A stretch of DNA of 64,000 bases from Phoronis australis (taxonomy: Eukaryota > Animalia > Phoronida): positions 1 through 64,000 of the forward strand of contig NMRA01000023.1 in NCBI GenBank assembly GCA_002633005.1. Reading direction: 5' to 3'. The notes under the pieces were generated by a model. It saw only the letters and a list, made by a program, of their open reading frames with translations. It was not told the DNA's origin and searched no databases. Below are positions 29,801 through 44,800 of the stretch, one piece after another (the stretch's first letter is position 1; each line of letters starts with the position of its first letter). The translations under genes and the position numbers were made by a program.

Positions 29801-32800
29801 CCACGGAGACCAAGAAAAAACGGTTTGGGACCATTAATCATTAATATTCAAATCATACCAAAAAGATGCAATTTTCCACAGTGAAATGTCGTTAGCATAC
29901 AGTATGAAGGTTTCCTGAAGTTGTTCAATTAAAAGTGCTTGTTAACACTCAACAAATTCTTTACTCACACTTCATATAAAAAGGGGAAATCTTGATGTAT
30001 GGCTGACAGTTTTGGGACACTTACCAGTCCCTTAGGCAAGTGCCTCCTAGGAGACAAATAAGTTAACAAACTCTCACGCAAGTGCATCCTAGTGGACAAA
30101 TAACTTTTCAAGCTCTCAGGCAAGTGCCTCTATACTGGACAAATAATTTACCAAGCTCTTAGGCAAGTGCCTTCTAGTGGACAAATAACTTACCACGCTC
30201 TCAGACAAGTGCCCCCGAAGTGGAAAAATAACTTACCAAGCTCTCAGCCTCATCCCCAAGCCTCAGGATGGCGCTGATCGGTTTAGCCAATTGAGGTTTG
30301 ATTATGGAAATTACTTTCTGCCCAAAGATTGGCCACTAACTTGACGTCATTGAAACAAAAGCAGATTTTGATTATTTTCAGACATTGTTGCTGCCATTCA
30401 TGAAGCAGAAGGTCGCTTATTTTGGTAATTGTCTGAAATAAAGGTTGTTCGCATACTTATTTTCAAATCTTTTTTATCTTTAGTATCAACGAAAATAACC
30501 TGTTTTCAATAATTTAAAACGCATCGTTTTTGCAATAACTCCGGCCTAAATTGCTACAATATAACTTTCATTTTCCTTTTATATATAACTGCAGAAAGTT
30601 TCAAAATTATACTACTCGTGATATTTCGGCGATTTCCTTAAAATGTGCCAGAATTCTGACATATTTCATTTCCCATAACCAAACCTCAAATGGCTAAACT
30701 GATCAGCGCCATCTTGAGGTTTGGACACGAGACTGAAGCTCTAAGGGAAGTGCACCCCAGTGGACAAAAAACTTACCATGCTCTTAAGGCTGCTGCCCCC
30801 TAGTGGATAAATTACTCAACTTGCTCTTAAAACCAGTGCCCCCCGGTGTATAAATAACTTACCATGCCCTTAAGGCCAGTGGCACCAACCCCAATCCTGA
30901 AGGGCAATGGTTGTGCAACGGTAAAAGTTTTTAGCATGTTGACTACTTCCTTTGTGGCAAACGCCAGGTCAGTCTTGAGGGTGCGAAGATCCTCACCAGG
31001 TGTCATCCAGTAGGGGAGATTGCCCCCCTTGATGGGGAAGTTGATTTCCATGCGTTTCTTAGCACCCACCAGCATGAACATTGCCATGGAAATCCTGGGT
31101 TAGTTAGACAAATAACAACTCTTATCAAGTGAACTGCACCTTAATTTCACAAATGATAAGACCCAATTAAGAGCTTACACTGCACTAATTGAGAATCCTA
31201 CAAACAATGGTAAAGTAAATCAGGGCTTGGAATGACCCACGACAAAAAAGAGGAAAACTTTTACTGCCCCAAATACACATTGCAACCTAAACAAGCATAC
31301 CTCAACAGATTGAAAGAAAACATTATTATCACAAGATGCCCTGTAACTGCGTCGTGTTGCACTCATTTTAAGCAGTACCTGACATATATTTCAGCAACAA
31401 TAATAAAGACAATAAGATGCAACAAAAGATATTTAATTTTTAAAATTAAAATAATAAAGATAATCATGCAAAATTTTCAGTGTGAGTGACAGAAGGTTAT
31501 TCTTGATTTGCTGCAGGGAGACCTATAAAATTATTTTCATTATTTTAAAATCTTATAATTACGATACAAAATTATAAAAAATTTGAAAATCGACCCATAT
31601 TATCTGGAAAGCCTAAAATACATACAGTGTCACATTTAATTCCAACAAAATGAAAGTCAAAAACAACATACAGAACACATCAATCACAATCCTAAGTTGG
31701 CCAAACTTTTCAGTTTAAAACAGCACTTACAGGAGATAATTGTTCATAGGTCACGCTGGTGCAGAACAAACTATGCGACATAAGAAATAACTACAAGGAC
31801 ACTCAAAATAGGCTGGCAGAATTTGTAAACAATGGCTTGGACCAATCAGATCATTCAGAACCTGCCACGTGACCACTTCTCTCTTGAACTGCAAAACTCG
31901 AGTCCGTCAAACTAAGACTTTTTAACAAAAATAAAACATAAAAAATGTCAAAATAAATTGGAATTCATCAACGGCAACTTAAAACACATTTGCAGTAACG
32001 AAAATAGCACTTTGTAACCCGTTTCGATGGCACATGGAAAATCGGCGGACGCGGGCATAGCAGCCAACTTGGTAGGCAATTACATCGCCCTGAATGCCGC
32101 AGGTTACGATTGAATTTCCTTTCAGAAAGCGTTTTTCTTTCTTGTGTTTCATCGTTTTCAGGTGATTCTCCATGATTTGGCCACGCACGCCATAATTGTC
32201 ACTCTGTCAACGTTTACAGAAAGCAAATCCAGACCTTTGTTATTTGCAAACAAATTGAGCATTTCTTTTATCCTATTTTTCCACGAAATATTCTGTCTAC
32301 TCCAAGCTCCATGCGTTTTGCCCACAGAATCACAATATTTGTCACCGCTATTAATACCATATGCAGATGCCATTAATGAAACACAGAATCCCAGGTGCCC
32401 CAGCAATTATGATTTTCATTCCTCTAAATCATAAAGAGCAGTTTCCGCTTTTGGAGTCGTAGGCAACGCCGCGGTTAGAAACCAATTTACGGCGAAAATT
32501 TTATGGCAAATCCGATTATTTCTGCGGAAATATAACAAAACTGTGTGGAGGGAATAAGAGAAAAAAGCGGAAATCCGCGTTTCCGCGGAAAATTCGAAGC
32601 CTTGGTAAATGTCGAAATGAACTGGGCAGCATTGAAATGGGATGAAGCTTATACGAGCAAAACTGCAACTAAACAGAATTCTTTTTTACCAGATCAGAAC
32701 TAAATTTTGATAAAATCATGTTGCTCCACACAGTCGATGGAAATCATATGTCTTGAAAATCCATGGAAAAACACAGGCTAGGAAGAACAATGTCACATTA

Positions 32801-35800
32801 AGCTATGAAACTATGACTAACATTTGACAGAAATGAACATTGTGACTGAACTGTCATTTCTGTCAAGAAGTTGATCTGAGTTTGCTGAAGACTGTCTACT
32901 TGTAGGATGTCCAATGTACCTAATGAAAGCTTGCCCGAGACCTTCTAGAGCACTAGATGGCGCATTAATCAGTTCACCGAGGGACTCCATGATCTGCTCG
33001 CCAGTTTTCTCAAACTGCTCAATAGTGTAAGGAATTGTCACTTGAACGGCATCAAGAATTGCCTGAAAGCAGTCAGCAGATGTAAAATCGCTAATTAATG
33101 TTTTTGTCATGATCACTACTGGTATACTAATTAATACAAATTTATATTCAATAAAATATCCCCAATTGAATATAAAAAAATTTCCAGCCACCTAGAAATT
33201 ATCACGTCCCAGATTTTTCAGAAATTTGAAATTTCATGGAAACTCCATGAAAATAGACCGAGATCAAGATTTAAATTTGTCCTCATAAGTTTGCTTAAAA
33301 TGCCACAGTGATAAAGACCAATGAGTATACATCAAAGCTGCCTTCGAGAAAAGCACAAGTACACGTTGCCTGTAACTTGAGTTGGTGACTCATCCTGCAA
33401 AGTATTTAAGGTCAGCTGGCCATGGTAATGTTTAAACCTCAGTTAGAAATTCAAAATTGATCGCTGACCAGTGTCAAAATGCCTCTTTTAAATTCACATT
33501 TATATCGAAAGATTTTCAATTATTACCGTTACAAAATTCTCAATGTCCATTTTCACATCATCGATGAAAAACTTGACCCTAAGAATAACTTTTCGAATTG
33601 CTTTCACCCAGGGGAGACAATCCGTGGTTTTTTCCATCCACCTTGACAAAGCTTCAGCAGTTTTGACAATGTTCTTGGGAAGGTCCATGATTGTTTGGGA
33701 GAAAGTTCCGAACAGAGCCTACAAAAAACAAGACAATGTTTTTCCACAACGCGACTTGTTCACATGTGGAATCATTTCCTTCTTTTCCAAAAGGACAAAC
33801 ATATACAGAGATTGTTGCTGAATCACACAAAATACGCAAATCCCTCATTGCACTAGACTTAAACCACATCAAGCTAATGCAATGCGCTCAGAAATTCTAA
33901 AAGATTATCATAAGAATCGCAGCACGAATGCGAAATAAGGTCCAGGTCTTTTTACAGACTGAAGTGACAAAATAGGGTACACACTGCAAAAGGGATTTTA
34001 TTATTTTAATGTGTGAGGTGTATAGATAAATGAAGATGAGACCACACTTAGTCAGCATGTACTCTTGCTATGACAATGCAGTGCTCATCCTGCTAGTCTT
34101 GTACTCACGTAGCTCACACAATATGTGCAGCTGCCTTGACTTAAACAATATGTGCAGCTGTCTTGGCTCACAGTATAGTCTGGAGCAGAACCACCACCTC
34201 AGCGCTTACTTTACTAAGTGTATGCATAACAAAACAGTATCCTCAGAGGTCCTGACTAAAGTGTGCACTGATTATTTATTCTTCAAGTAATGGCTCCATT
34301 ATGATTGCCTTTAGTACAACGTCAGGATAACATAAAATTATACCTTACCCTACAAGAATTGTTTACTTACTTGAAAGCCACCACTGAAATCTGTATTTAA
34401 GTGCATCAAGTTCATGAACCAATCAATGGCATCCTCAATGGGCGTGACAAACTTGTCATAAAGTACGTCAAAAATGTTGACAAGATCTTGAACCGAGTTG
34501 AAGCCAAAGTCCTGAAAATGAAATAACAATCAGATCTGCGAATGAGTTAACCACAAAACAATATGTATAATACGTCCCGTTATGTGAACTGATATCTCAG
34601 ATGTAATGAAGCAAACTCCTACGCCAACATCTAAGGTTTGTTACGCCTGAGTGAGCTTAAGCCAGACTGTGACTAAACTGTCCTAATTGATTCACAAATC
34701 AACACGCGTGGCTTAGCCATGCTGCTGAAGAAATCCTATTCACTAATTTCTCCTATAATGCATTGATTTTAAAAATTCTAAAAAGGGCTAATACTAACTT
34801 TTGAATTCTAAAAACAGTCATGGTGGTCGTTTGCCTTACTTATTGTTTGTTTTTGACTTTGAAGCTAGTACACTTAACACGTGACTTTTATATGGCCGCA
34901 GTTATCTCCATCAATACACATTCGACCAAGCCTGTGAATTGGGACTAGTTCATTTCATTCTGCATAATATTATGTGCCATCAAACCTTTGTTATGCAGAG
35001 GACTTCGCTGCACACCCTGGGGTGAATAGTGCATGCTTTCTCATCCACTTGCATGCAAATCCCTGTTCAAGATTTGCCCAATGTAAGACATGTTTCTAGC
35101 TTTCAAAAGAGAAATGTTTCTTGCACTGAGGAGACTCGTTACAATGTACACCACAGGATCTTTCAATTTGTATGTTGTACCCAATACTTCATTAAAACCA
35201 CGGTAGACTTACAGTAGGTAAAACTGGGACAACAACGTTTGCATGATATAATAATTATTCATGTTGCAATGTTGTGCATTAATGTACAAACCCATACTCT
35301 TGTGCTTTGGGACCTTCGAAATTTTTTTTGTTATTAGGCATTCATTGTAATGTAAACATACATTAAAGTGAAATAAGGAATGGTACATAGTAGTTAACGG
35401 TGCAGACACACAACCTTACAAGGTTGATTGCTGCACACACATACTCCAGTATTTTCTGTTTAAAGCGCTGTGCTGTGCCAACTTTGAACACTGTTTTGGT
35501 TCAGGATCCTTGCAATGTCTACTACGGTGAATTATCCTTCCTAAGTTCATGGAACATTAATGAAGGTCCTTGGTTGCTAAACACAAAACTGACAGCTGCT
35601 AACTCGATTGATATTGCTACTTTCTCAAGAATTTAACTAGAAACTATGATTATAATCGTAGTGCCTGCTTCACTGACTGATTTTTGATATTTAATAAATA
35701 GAACCCATGTGATTTTTTAGCATTTCCATTGAAGGTCAACGAGGCTTTCACAACACATGCCAAGTGGTATATCATAGCGTCCAACTAGCCAATCCATATT

Positions 35801-38800
35801 GCTTTATCATCCTGTCTATAAGTGATGCAAAATGTGTGCATTTTACATTTTGCTTACCAAATTACAGATCTACGACTAAGCCCCCAGAGCTATTCTTCCC
35901 CTTGTGCCTTTTGTTGACTTTTACAACAACATTTGCACTGATGTAAAAACTGACTTCAAACCATGAGAGAGACAACCACTCCTCAGAGCACATGCCTTTT
36001 GGGTTGCAAGCCTGGGCCCTATTATTTTAACTGTAAAAGTCTACTGCAAATGTGAATGATTTTGGCATCCCATTTTTAATTAGCTATGTGACAAAAAAGA
36101 AAAAAAATTCCAAGTTCCATTTGTTTCAATGACGAGTAACTCTGTCACGTAAGGAAAGCCACCTTCCAATATCAGGTGTTAATTTGTCAGCTGCAGTAAC
36201 ACATTCTAAACTTTTAAATGTCTACCACACTATCTTAGTCATTCTAAACAAATTACACAAACTCAAGTGAGAGTTAAGTTCACATATAATGCATTCTACT
36301 GCTTTATGGCTGAACTCCAATTAATGTACATTATATTTTTAATTATATTTTTAATAATCAAATTTACTCTTTAAAAACAAGAGCAACATTGAGAATTGAA
36401 ATACAAGCAACAAATGGGTGTTTTGGTATCATAAAAATGGTCCTTAGTTGGGGCAGAATATGTCAAAAATGCCCAAATTGGGAAGGTGGCGTAGTCTCTC
36501 TAACACCACGATTTGATAAATTTCATGAAAATAATCCAAGGAACTCCAAAGACATAGAGGCAAACATAAAAAATGAATGGACACAAGGGGGCACAGTCCG
36601 GTTGGTCTCAAACTCATCGTCATCTGTCGCCATTCCATCAAATTTTGTAAAGATCCTTCAAAATTGCCCCTGGAGGGCTGCCAGCATAAACGAAACTGTC
36701 CAAAAATCACTGTTAGCCGGGGTTTTCGCATCAGGAACACACCAGTCAATGCTCATAATGAGCCAATGAGTGGTTTGGCAGATAGATACAGGCAGATGTC
36801 AAACGTAAGTAAAAAAATTTAAAATGGCCACCAGTTGGTGCAGAAAACATCAAACGTGTTTGAAAATAGAAAGGTGCTGTCATCACCTTAAGAGAAACCA
36901 TCATGCCAAAGTTCTTGAAGATACAATTACAATGAACTTTGAACTTATAGACTGAGGCAAAAGTAAAACTTTAAACAAAATTTAGCCACCAGGTGGCACA
37001 ATGGCATTCGCATCAGTTCGACACTTGTTAACATTTGTCGTAAGTGTGTTCCTATGGCTTTCAAATTTCACAAAGCTTATTCAAAGGTTTTGGGAATTTG
37101 GGATGCAGACAGAGAACAAATGACTACTAAATGGTGACACAGTAGTCGAACCAATCTAGAAATCAACGTTAGTCCTTGCCTTCGCAACAGGAACACATCT
37201 ACAAATTTTCATGATCTCTCGAGCGGTTTGGCAGACAGAGAGGTGGACGCCAGAAAACTGACGCAAAAATGGCCACAACGTGGCGTGAAATACATCCAAC
37301 AATAGAATGGCATCGTCACATCCTTAATAAAAACCTTTTTGTCGAATTTCATGAAAATCCATCAAGGAACTCCGAGGCCCAGACGAAGATGACAGTATGT
37401 AGCCACATATAAAAACGTGGACGTCTGTGTTTGTGATGATAAGTAGGGCACCGTATCACAAGTTTATAGAAAATGGAGATAATGAAAGATTCAATACTCA
37501 TACACAATCAGCCACATTACCGAGAGCATGTTCAGATTGTAGCGGATGTTACCACGGAAGCAAACTTGGAGTCGAAACATGTCAAGCGAGGTGCCTAAGA
37601 TACCAAGGTTGGCGGTGACGTAGGCAGTGTCAAAGACGTCAATCATAAACAAGCCTTCAGAGGGTTCTGAAACATCAACAAAGGCCGTGTCATAATAGTT
37701 CAGGCAGAATCATAAAAGCGTATTTCAGGGTTTCTGAAACATCAACCATAGGCCGCGTCATAGACAAGGCTTACGAGAGGTTTTACAACACTAAACAGAG
37801 GTGAGACAGACATCAATCATAAACATACCATCAAGGGGTTCTGAAAAAACATATTACAATCATGCTTGAAATACAAATATGAAATTATACACTATTTAAG
37901 CCTAGCAATTGATGCAAAACTTGATTTTTTTTCACAATTCAGTTGCTTGATTCTCATCAATAGCTTTGACCAGATGCAGTTTATTCGCTAATCTGTAAAC
38001 ATACATGCTTCACAGTTCATTCGCTTCTGTAAACAGACATGCCTCACAGTTCATTCGCTTCTGTAAACAGACATGCCTCATAGTTCAAGAAACAATACAC
38101 CAACAAGTGTCCATCACCAATGCTTATATTTTAATTGCCTCATCTAAGAATCATACTCACGCAGTTTCAGAGTCATCTTGTTTCTCAGAGTGATTCCAAA
38201 TGACGTCCCGATCGCCTTGCTGCCGATCACTTTGGTCCATGAAAACCCAGGAATCTCAATGTCCCAAGAAAAAGCCGCATTCAAAACATCCTTAATATCT
38301 CGTTTATCCCTATTGGACGGAATCACAAGGGAAGCGTTGCGTCTGAAAAGACATCCACAATGTTCTACCAACCGACACATGTTTCCACATGTTAAGAACG
38401 CAGAGAGTGGCCACGATACGCACACCCTGCTACAGCACCACTCACTCCAAAAGCATTTGAATCTTTATTGAAATATATTCCTATGGCCAAAGGCCCAAAA
38501 TATAATGTATACAAGACAGCACATTATTTGCCAGATGCATTACAGACTGGACAGTAAATTGTGATGCTTGGGACTATGGTGGGTGAATTACAGACTGGAT
38601 AGTAAATTGTGATGCTTGGGACTATGGTGGGTGAATTTTAGAAGTGGGGTATCAGGAGTTCTCATGAGAGATTCAAATTTAGATATTGTGGGTGAATGAC
38701 AAAAAGATCGCTTTAGTACTTAACCCGAAGGTCTCGGCACGAACTACAAACTTTAGTACTTAACCCGAAGGTCTCGGCACGCACTACAAACTAACACAAG

Positions 38801-41800
38801 GTCATATTCATCCTCTACATAACCCGAATTACATAACTCACACAACCTATTCTCATAGGGAATATATTCCACTAGTAACGAATAATTTGAGCATTGCAAT
38901 CGAGTCAGAGACTTGATAAGAATAAGTGGGATACTATTTCTAAATAATTCTCTCGACAGTACATTGTTTTAAACCTCACATAGTAAGGCAGTGTGTGTTA
39001 CATACGAAATCAAATTGCCAACCTTGCAGTCACTGACATGTACATAGTTGTGACTGACTAAACTATTTAACCACAATGCAACACATCTGTTAAGTACTTG
39101 TAACTGCTTTTTCAAATGAAAACATTCTAGTCACTGTCTCATATCACAATATCCCAATATGCCAATTATTACGTATTACGTAATTAATCACTGTTTTAAT
39201 GTAGGCATATCTGTATAATTGTAAGCGCTGATCTAAAATCCTTTAAGGTGTATCAACACATACCACATTGATGGTGACAATGGACCTATAGAGCTATTGA
39301 GGCTAATGGTGATTTTTTTAATTGTTTGATTTTTGAAATTGAATTCCAGGTGAAAGTTTAGAATAGGATTTATTTTCACCGAAAGAAATAAGTTGGAAAT
39401 AAGCCAAAATAGATGGGTTAGGTTTCAGCTCCAGTGCCTGTTTTAACTCTTTTGATAACAAGCCGGCGAGTCAAGATGCTGTACAAAAGAACATGGGAAC
39501 ACTTAACCATGGATGAGAGTAATATCTGGATTTAACTGAGTCTTGGAAAAACTGTTCTCTGTAGTTGAAATGGGAGATTTTTGATACATAGTCCACTGTT
39601 CTCTAGAGTTGAAACGGGACATTATTGATACATAGTCCACTGTTAGAACAGCCTAGTTTGATGATAGACCAAAACCATTTTCACTACCTCCAATTTTCCC
39701 TATCTCCCATTTAACCTGGCCAACTTTGAACTTTTTAAAACTGTACCTTAGTATGACATCTCTTTGCGCATCTGTCAGTTGGTATCGCTTGGGATGCTCA
39801 GTGTACGTCCTGTAGGCCTGTTGGCGAACGACATCGTGATGGTCGTGGAAGGCCAGGTTGATAAGTACTTCAGCACTCTTCAATAAGAACGGAACAAGGA
39901 ATTAAGATTCTTTGTGTTACACATTTGTATCTTCAAAACAAAGTCAAAAGTATGCATCTGCATATTAATTATTGATCAGGATGAGAAGCCATCTTGAGTG
40001 GGCATTTTGCACTCTCTGAAAGCACTGTCTAGGGTGGGACTCTCCTCACTGTCTAGGGTGGGACTCTCCTCACTGTCTAGGGTGGGACTCTCCTCACTGT
40101 CTAGGGTGAGACTCTCCTCACTGTCTAGGGTGGGACTCTCCTCACTGTCTAGGGTGGGACTTTTTCCTCGCAGGTACGAGCTTGATAAATTGGCTACTTA
40201 CTACATTCTTGGAATGAGAGGTTAAATGAAAGATATCTAGAGGTATATCATCATTTTGGTAAATTGTTTCAAGTGGAAATTTTCAATCAACTTGTTCTGT
40301 ATTAAGAACGTGCAACTACATCCTGCTCATTATGTCATTAATACACTTTCATTTCATCATACCTTGGTGGACTACATTTTTCATCCAAAGCATTTTTCTC
40401 ACAGCACACCTTACCTCATCATGAGGATAGAACTTCATGGCTTCCAAGGCGGCCCTACGCCAAGCCGAGTGACCCTGGTTTGGCTCTGCGTATCTCTTGA
40501 ACAGCTTGAACGAAGTGTGATGTGCGGCGTTGCCTAGAGCATGCAGCATAATCATGCCTGTGTAGTACTCATAGTCATAGTCCATGTCATCAGCAGAGCG
40601 CTTGGTGCGATCTGAAAACAAGCACCTTTTCATAATGGCATTATGCATTATGTAATTATATTATCTCAAGTATCCAAGGTTACAGGCTCAATGTATATCA
40701 TTAAAACCATATCTAAATTAAGACAGCGTATAATGTAAAGAAAATGCCAAATTCGCAACTGTCGAGGTGGGTGAAATCACTGTTCACCATTCGGATTTGA
40801 GGTCGCCAATTTTTAGTACCGCGGACATCCTATAAGTGTCTCTTATGATACGGCCGATTGTGATGCCAGTGAACACTGCAATGCGGCAGACAATCTAGGT
40901 CTAAAGGTCACGATAAAAAAGACAACTTAAAGAAACAGGACTCTTACATTTACAAAATGATGTTTTTATGAAATGTTACTTATTCACAAACTTTATATTA
41001 TATTAGAAAGTATGTATGCATGATATTGTGTTGTATTCAACATCTCTGTAATCAGTCACGTTGGTGCTTTTTTTAAGAATTGTCAGTTTTCTCAAACACA
41101 ATGCACCAATTGAGCACTTTGTCTATAAACTCGGCCCCGTTTTAAAATAACGTCTGAACTGTTTATGACTAGTCCAGTCATAATCTCTGTGTAACAAGCT
41201 ATCAGCATTGTCAGATTTTCATGCTGTTGCCACAGCACATCCACTTTCTGTACAAACAGTTCACACTACTGAGCATCTAACATGGTATAATGTAAATGTG
41301 ATTTCCTAAGTACTAACACCATCTACAGTCAGTTCACAGTACTGAACATCTGACATTGTATGATGTAAATGTGTTTTCCTAAAAGTACTTACACCATCTA
41401 CACACAGTTCACACAAACAACTGCAGGTACTAAGTGTTAACAATCTTTCCTGAAACAGAGGTTCACCTGCCATCTTGTCTGACAGAAACGGCCTGATGAA
41501 AGTTAACAAAATCAGTCCTATGTCTACAAACGTGTGTGCTCATGTCTGCAGTAACTTACTAGACACCTTGGAATAAAAGTTTTTCATTTTTCATTGCACA
41601 TGTGTTTAGTACAAACACAGTCACTTTTCCCTTTCAAAAGACATTGATAGCTTTAAATGTGTTGTCTTAACAAAGGAGTAAAACAGGCAGTTGCCAACCC
41701 TGTAGCAACTGACGAGGACAAGGTATGAGGGAACGTCGCTTGGAAATATTTCTGAGAAACCTTGACAACTCGCCACGAATTTTAAAGTAGATCTCATGTT

Positions 41801-44800
41801 TCACATATAACAAGGACTATCCAAAACAATTATGTAAACCAAAATGTGTTTTTATAATTATATAAAATGTTTCTTAAACAAAATACAGACATGAATTAGG
41901 AGTCGTATTTTTTAAGTACCTGTCGACGGCTGTAACATTTTCCTGAACAATATACCATTAAATTCATCATATTTTTATAATGTTGAATATGCTTGGAAGT
42001 TAAAATTTTGATAAGTCCGTCGAACCACGTTTTATCAGACTATGATTTGCAATACAGCTAGGTACTGTAGTGCAATAGCTCAGAGGTTCTCTCCAGGACG
42101 CATCCTGAAAGTGAGGTGGGCGACACACAAGTTGGGGAGGGCGAACCGCCAAAAGATAGTGCAAAACTCAGTGGGGCAACGTGACATCATTGGAAACGAG
42201 GGGGGTGTGGCATGCAAAAGTTCTGGCAATTGGGAGAAAGGATGGCAGCTGTGCCACTGAGGTACTCTAATATTTTCAGTGAATCTTCACGAGACCACCA
42301 CTTAGTGTAGATTAAACAAAAACAAAAAATCTAAGATTCATATCCAATAACCTATAGATGAGTTTGTCTGCGAGTAGCAATGAATATATCATGTTTCCAC
42401 GCACATAGGAACGTTATTGGAAATCATACCATTTGCTCCCTGGCCCACCAAGCCACCACCATTTGCTCCCTGGCCCACCAAGCCACCACCATTTTCCCTC
42501 CGCCGCTATTTTCTCCTCTTGTTGCCCTTTCTGCCCCAGGCAATCGCAACTATCTTCCAGTCACCACTCTCCACCCCCACGCCCCTAGTAGCCACTATTT
42601 TCTATCCCTGTAGCCATTTAATTTTGTCCCCTCCTTCTGTCGCCACTATTTCCCCTAGTCAAAACTATTCCGCATCGTCTCTAATTTGGCTGCCGAATGC
42701 CGCAGATTTTTCATCACCATGGTAATGAAAAGCAGATGAGGAGACTACAGATGCTTAAATCTCACTTTGACGAAGCAGACGACTTCTGATGAGTCACTCG
42801 CTTACCAGTACAGGGGGCGATGTTCAGTAGTGTTATTTTTTCGAGCGAATGTGGATTAAACGAGATCAGCAGAGTGCAACAATAGTGGCTTGATAAAACA
42901 AGAAACCGAAACTCATTTAGAAACAAAGCAATTTCTATATTACACTCAATGAATTTCAAGTTTTCCAATAAAGGAGGTGTGAAAACAATCATACTCGCCA
43001 GCAATTCTTAAAAATGAATATCAAGAGCAAGGTCAGAAGAAAATGAAGAATAAAAACCTCACCCATTAAGGCTCGAAAGCTAGAGTTTCAAATATATTCC
43101 GGATTTTAAAATTGCTTTTAATTGCTTCAACTAAGCCAGAATATGCGAGTTGGGCTTACCATGGTGTCGCTCCAGCCAGGAGGTAAGATGGCCGACTATC
43201 AGAGCAGCTCTCGCTGGGTTGGTTTTGTTCAGACTTGATGCCATGCTACCCACAGTTAGACAGGCACGTCGCAGCGTCAATGTTTCATTGGTTCTGCCGG
43301 GGAGTACTATGTCCATGCCTATTCAACATTTTTTATCAAAGAGAGACACGATAATTCTGATCTCTGCCACAATTCAAGAAAGCGTAAATTGCAACCAACA
43401 AATAACATTCAATTGACAAAGGGTTAGTTTATATTTAAAAAACATATGAATGCAGACTATGAAACAGGGTCATGCTCAAAGCATCCAATACTGCTGTTAA
43501 GATTCTCAAGTGCCAGGCTTGATGTGTGTGTCATATCGCGAGGTCAGTTCAACAATTCTTACCATGGTACTCAAAATCTTTGCCAAAACAAAGTTCCTCT
43601 ACAGCTTTGACTGAAGCCTGAAACGAACACAAGAAAATCAAGATCACACGCACAGCATTGACCTTTTTACATATCGCAAAAAACAATGCGAGCACATCGC
43701 TTTTAAAAGCGCAAAGATTTATGGGATGAGTTGGCCAATCTAAAATCAAGGATTGGTCACGTGGGAGATCGTCTGTTCTGTACACTTGTAAGTGATGTAG
43801 ATCTTGTTACCTCATTTACAGGTATTCATGACAAAATGAATCCATTATTGCATGAATTGCTACTTTAATGAAGTGATCTCTATAGACTACACAACAACGT
43901 CAGCTTACGATAGGTGCAACTATACTGCTGTCGTATAGACCAGGACAAAATTTCCATGAAAACTAAAATCTAAAATAAAAAATTAAAACTCACCTCAATA
44001 GGATGCTTCAAAAGCGCAAAGTGGATCAAGGCTTTCCGCATCTCTTCTGTGTCTTGTTCACGTCTCTTGAAGATATACTTCAATATCATTCGCTGGGAGA
44101 TGGGCGTGTCTAGACCAGCGATCATGTCAATCATCACATGGCGGTCATGGAAGCAGACTGTTCCATTCTCACAGTTAGGGCGGACGGTGAGATATTTCTC
44201 TGCCACCTTTTCAATGTCTGCATCGACCATAGCCTTCAGTGTAACTCTCAGACGTCGAACACATTCTGTCCTGTTTGTATTTGCTACAATAAACATCAAA
44301 AACAACAGTTTAAATTTTAGCATCTAAATATTGTAGATTGACAAAGGATGGGTGACGAAAACTGTATAACAAGTGAATGTGGTTATTTATACAAATGGAA
44401 CAATCAAGTTTACAGTACCATGTTGTGTGGAGAACAATTTTGTATTTTGTATGTTCCAGTTATTCAGAGGAAAAAATCAGGACATACTTTTCACCAGAGT
44501 AATGCGGCTACAATTCATCTCTTTCTCAATGTCCAACATTGCGGCATCAGAGTCTGTTATGACTTTGGCTTTGGGCTGGAAGAAAACATTAAAATATACA
44601 GTTTTTTTACATTTTTGTTATCTGAAGCAAGTATTATTACAATCTCAAGCAAGTATTGTTACAATCTCAAGCAAGTATTGTTACAATCTCAAGCAAGTAT
44701 TGTTACAATCTCAAGCAAGTATTGTTACAATCTCAAGCAAGTATTGTTACAATCTCAAACAAGTATTGTTACAATCTCAAGCAAGTATTGTTACAATCTC

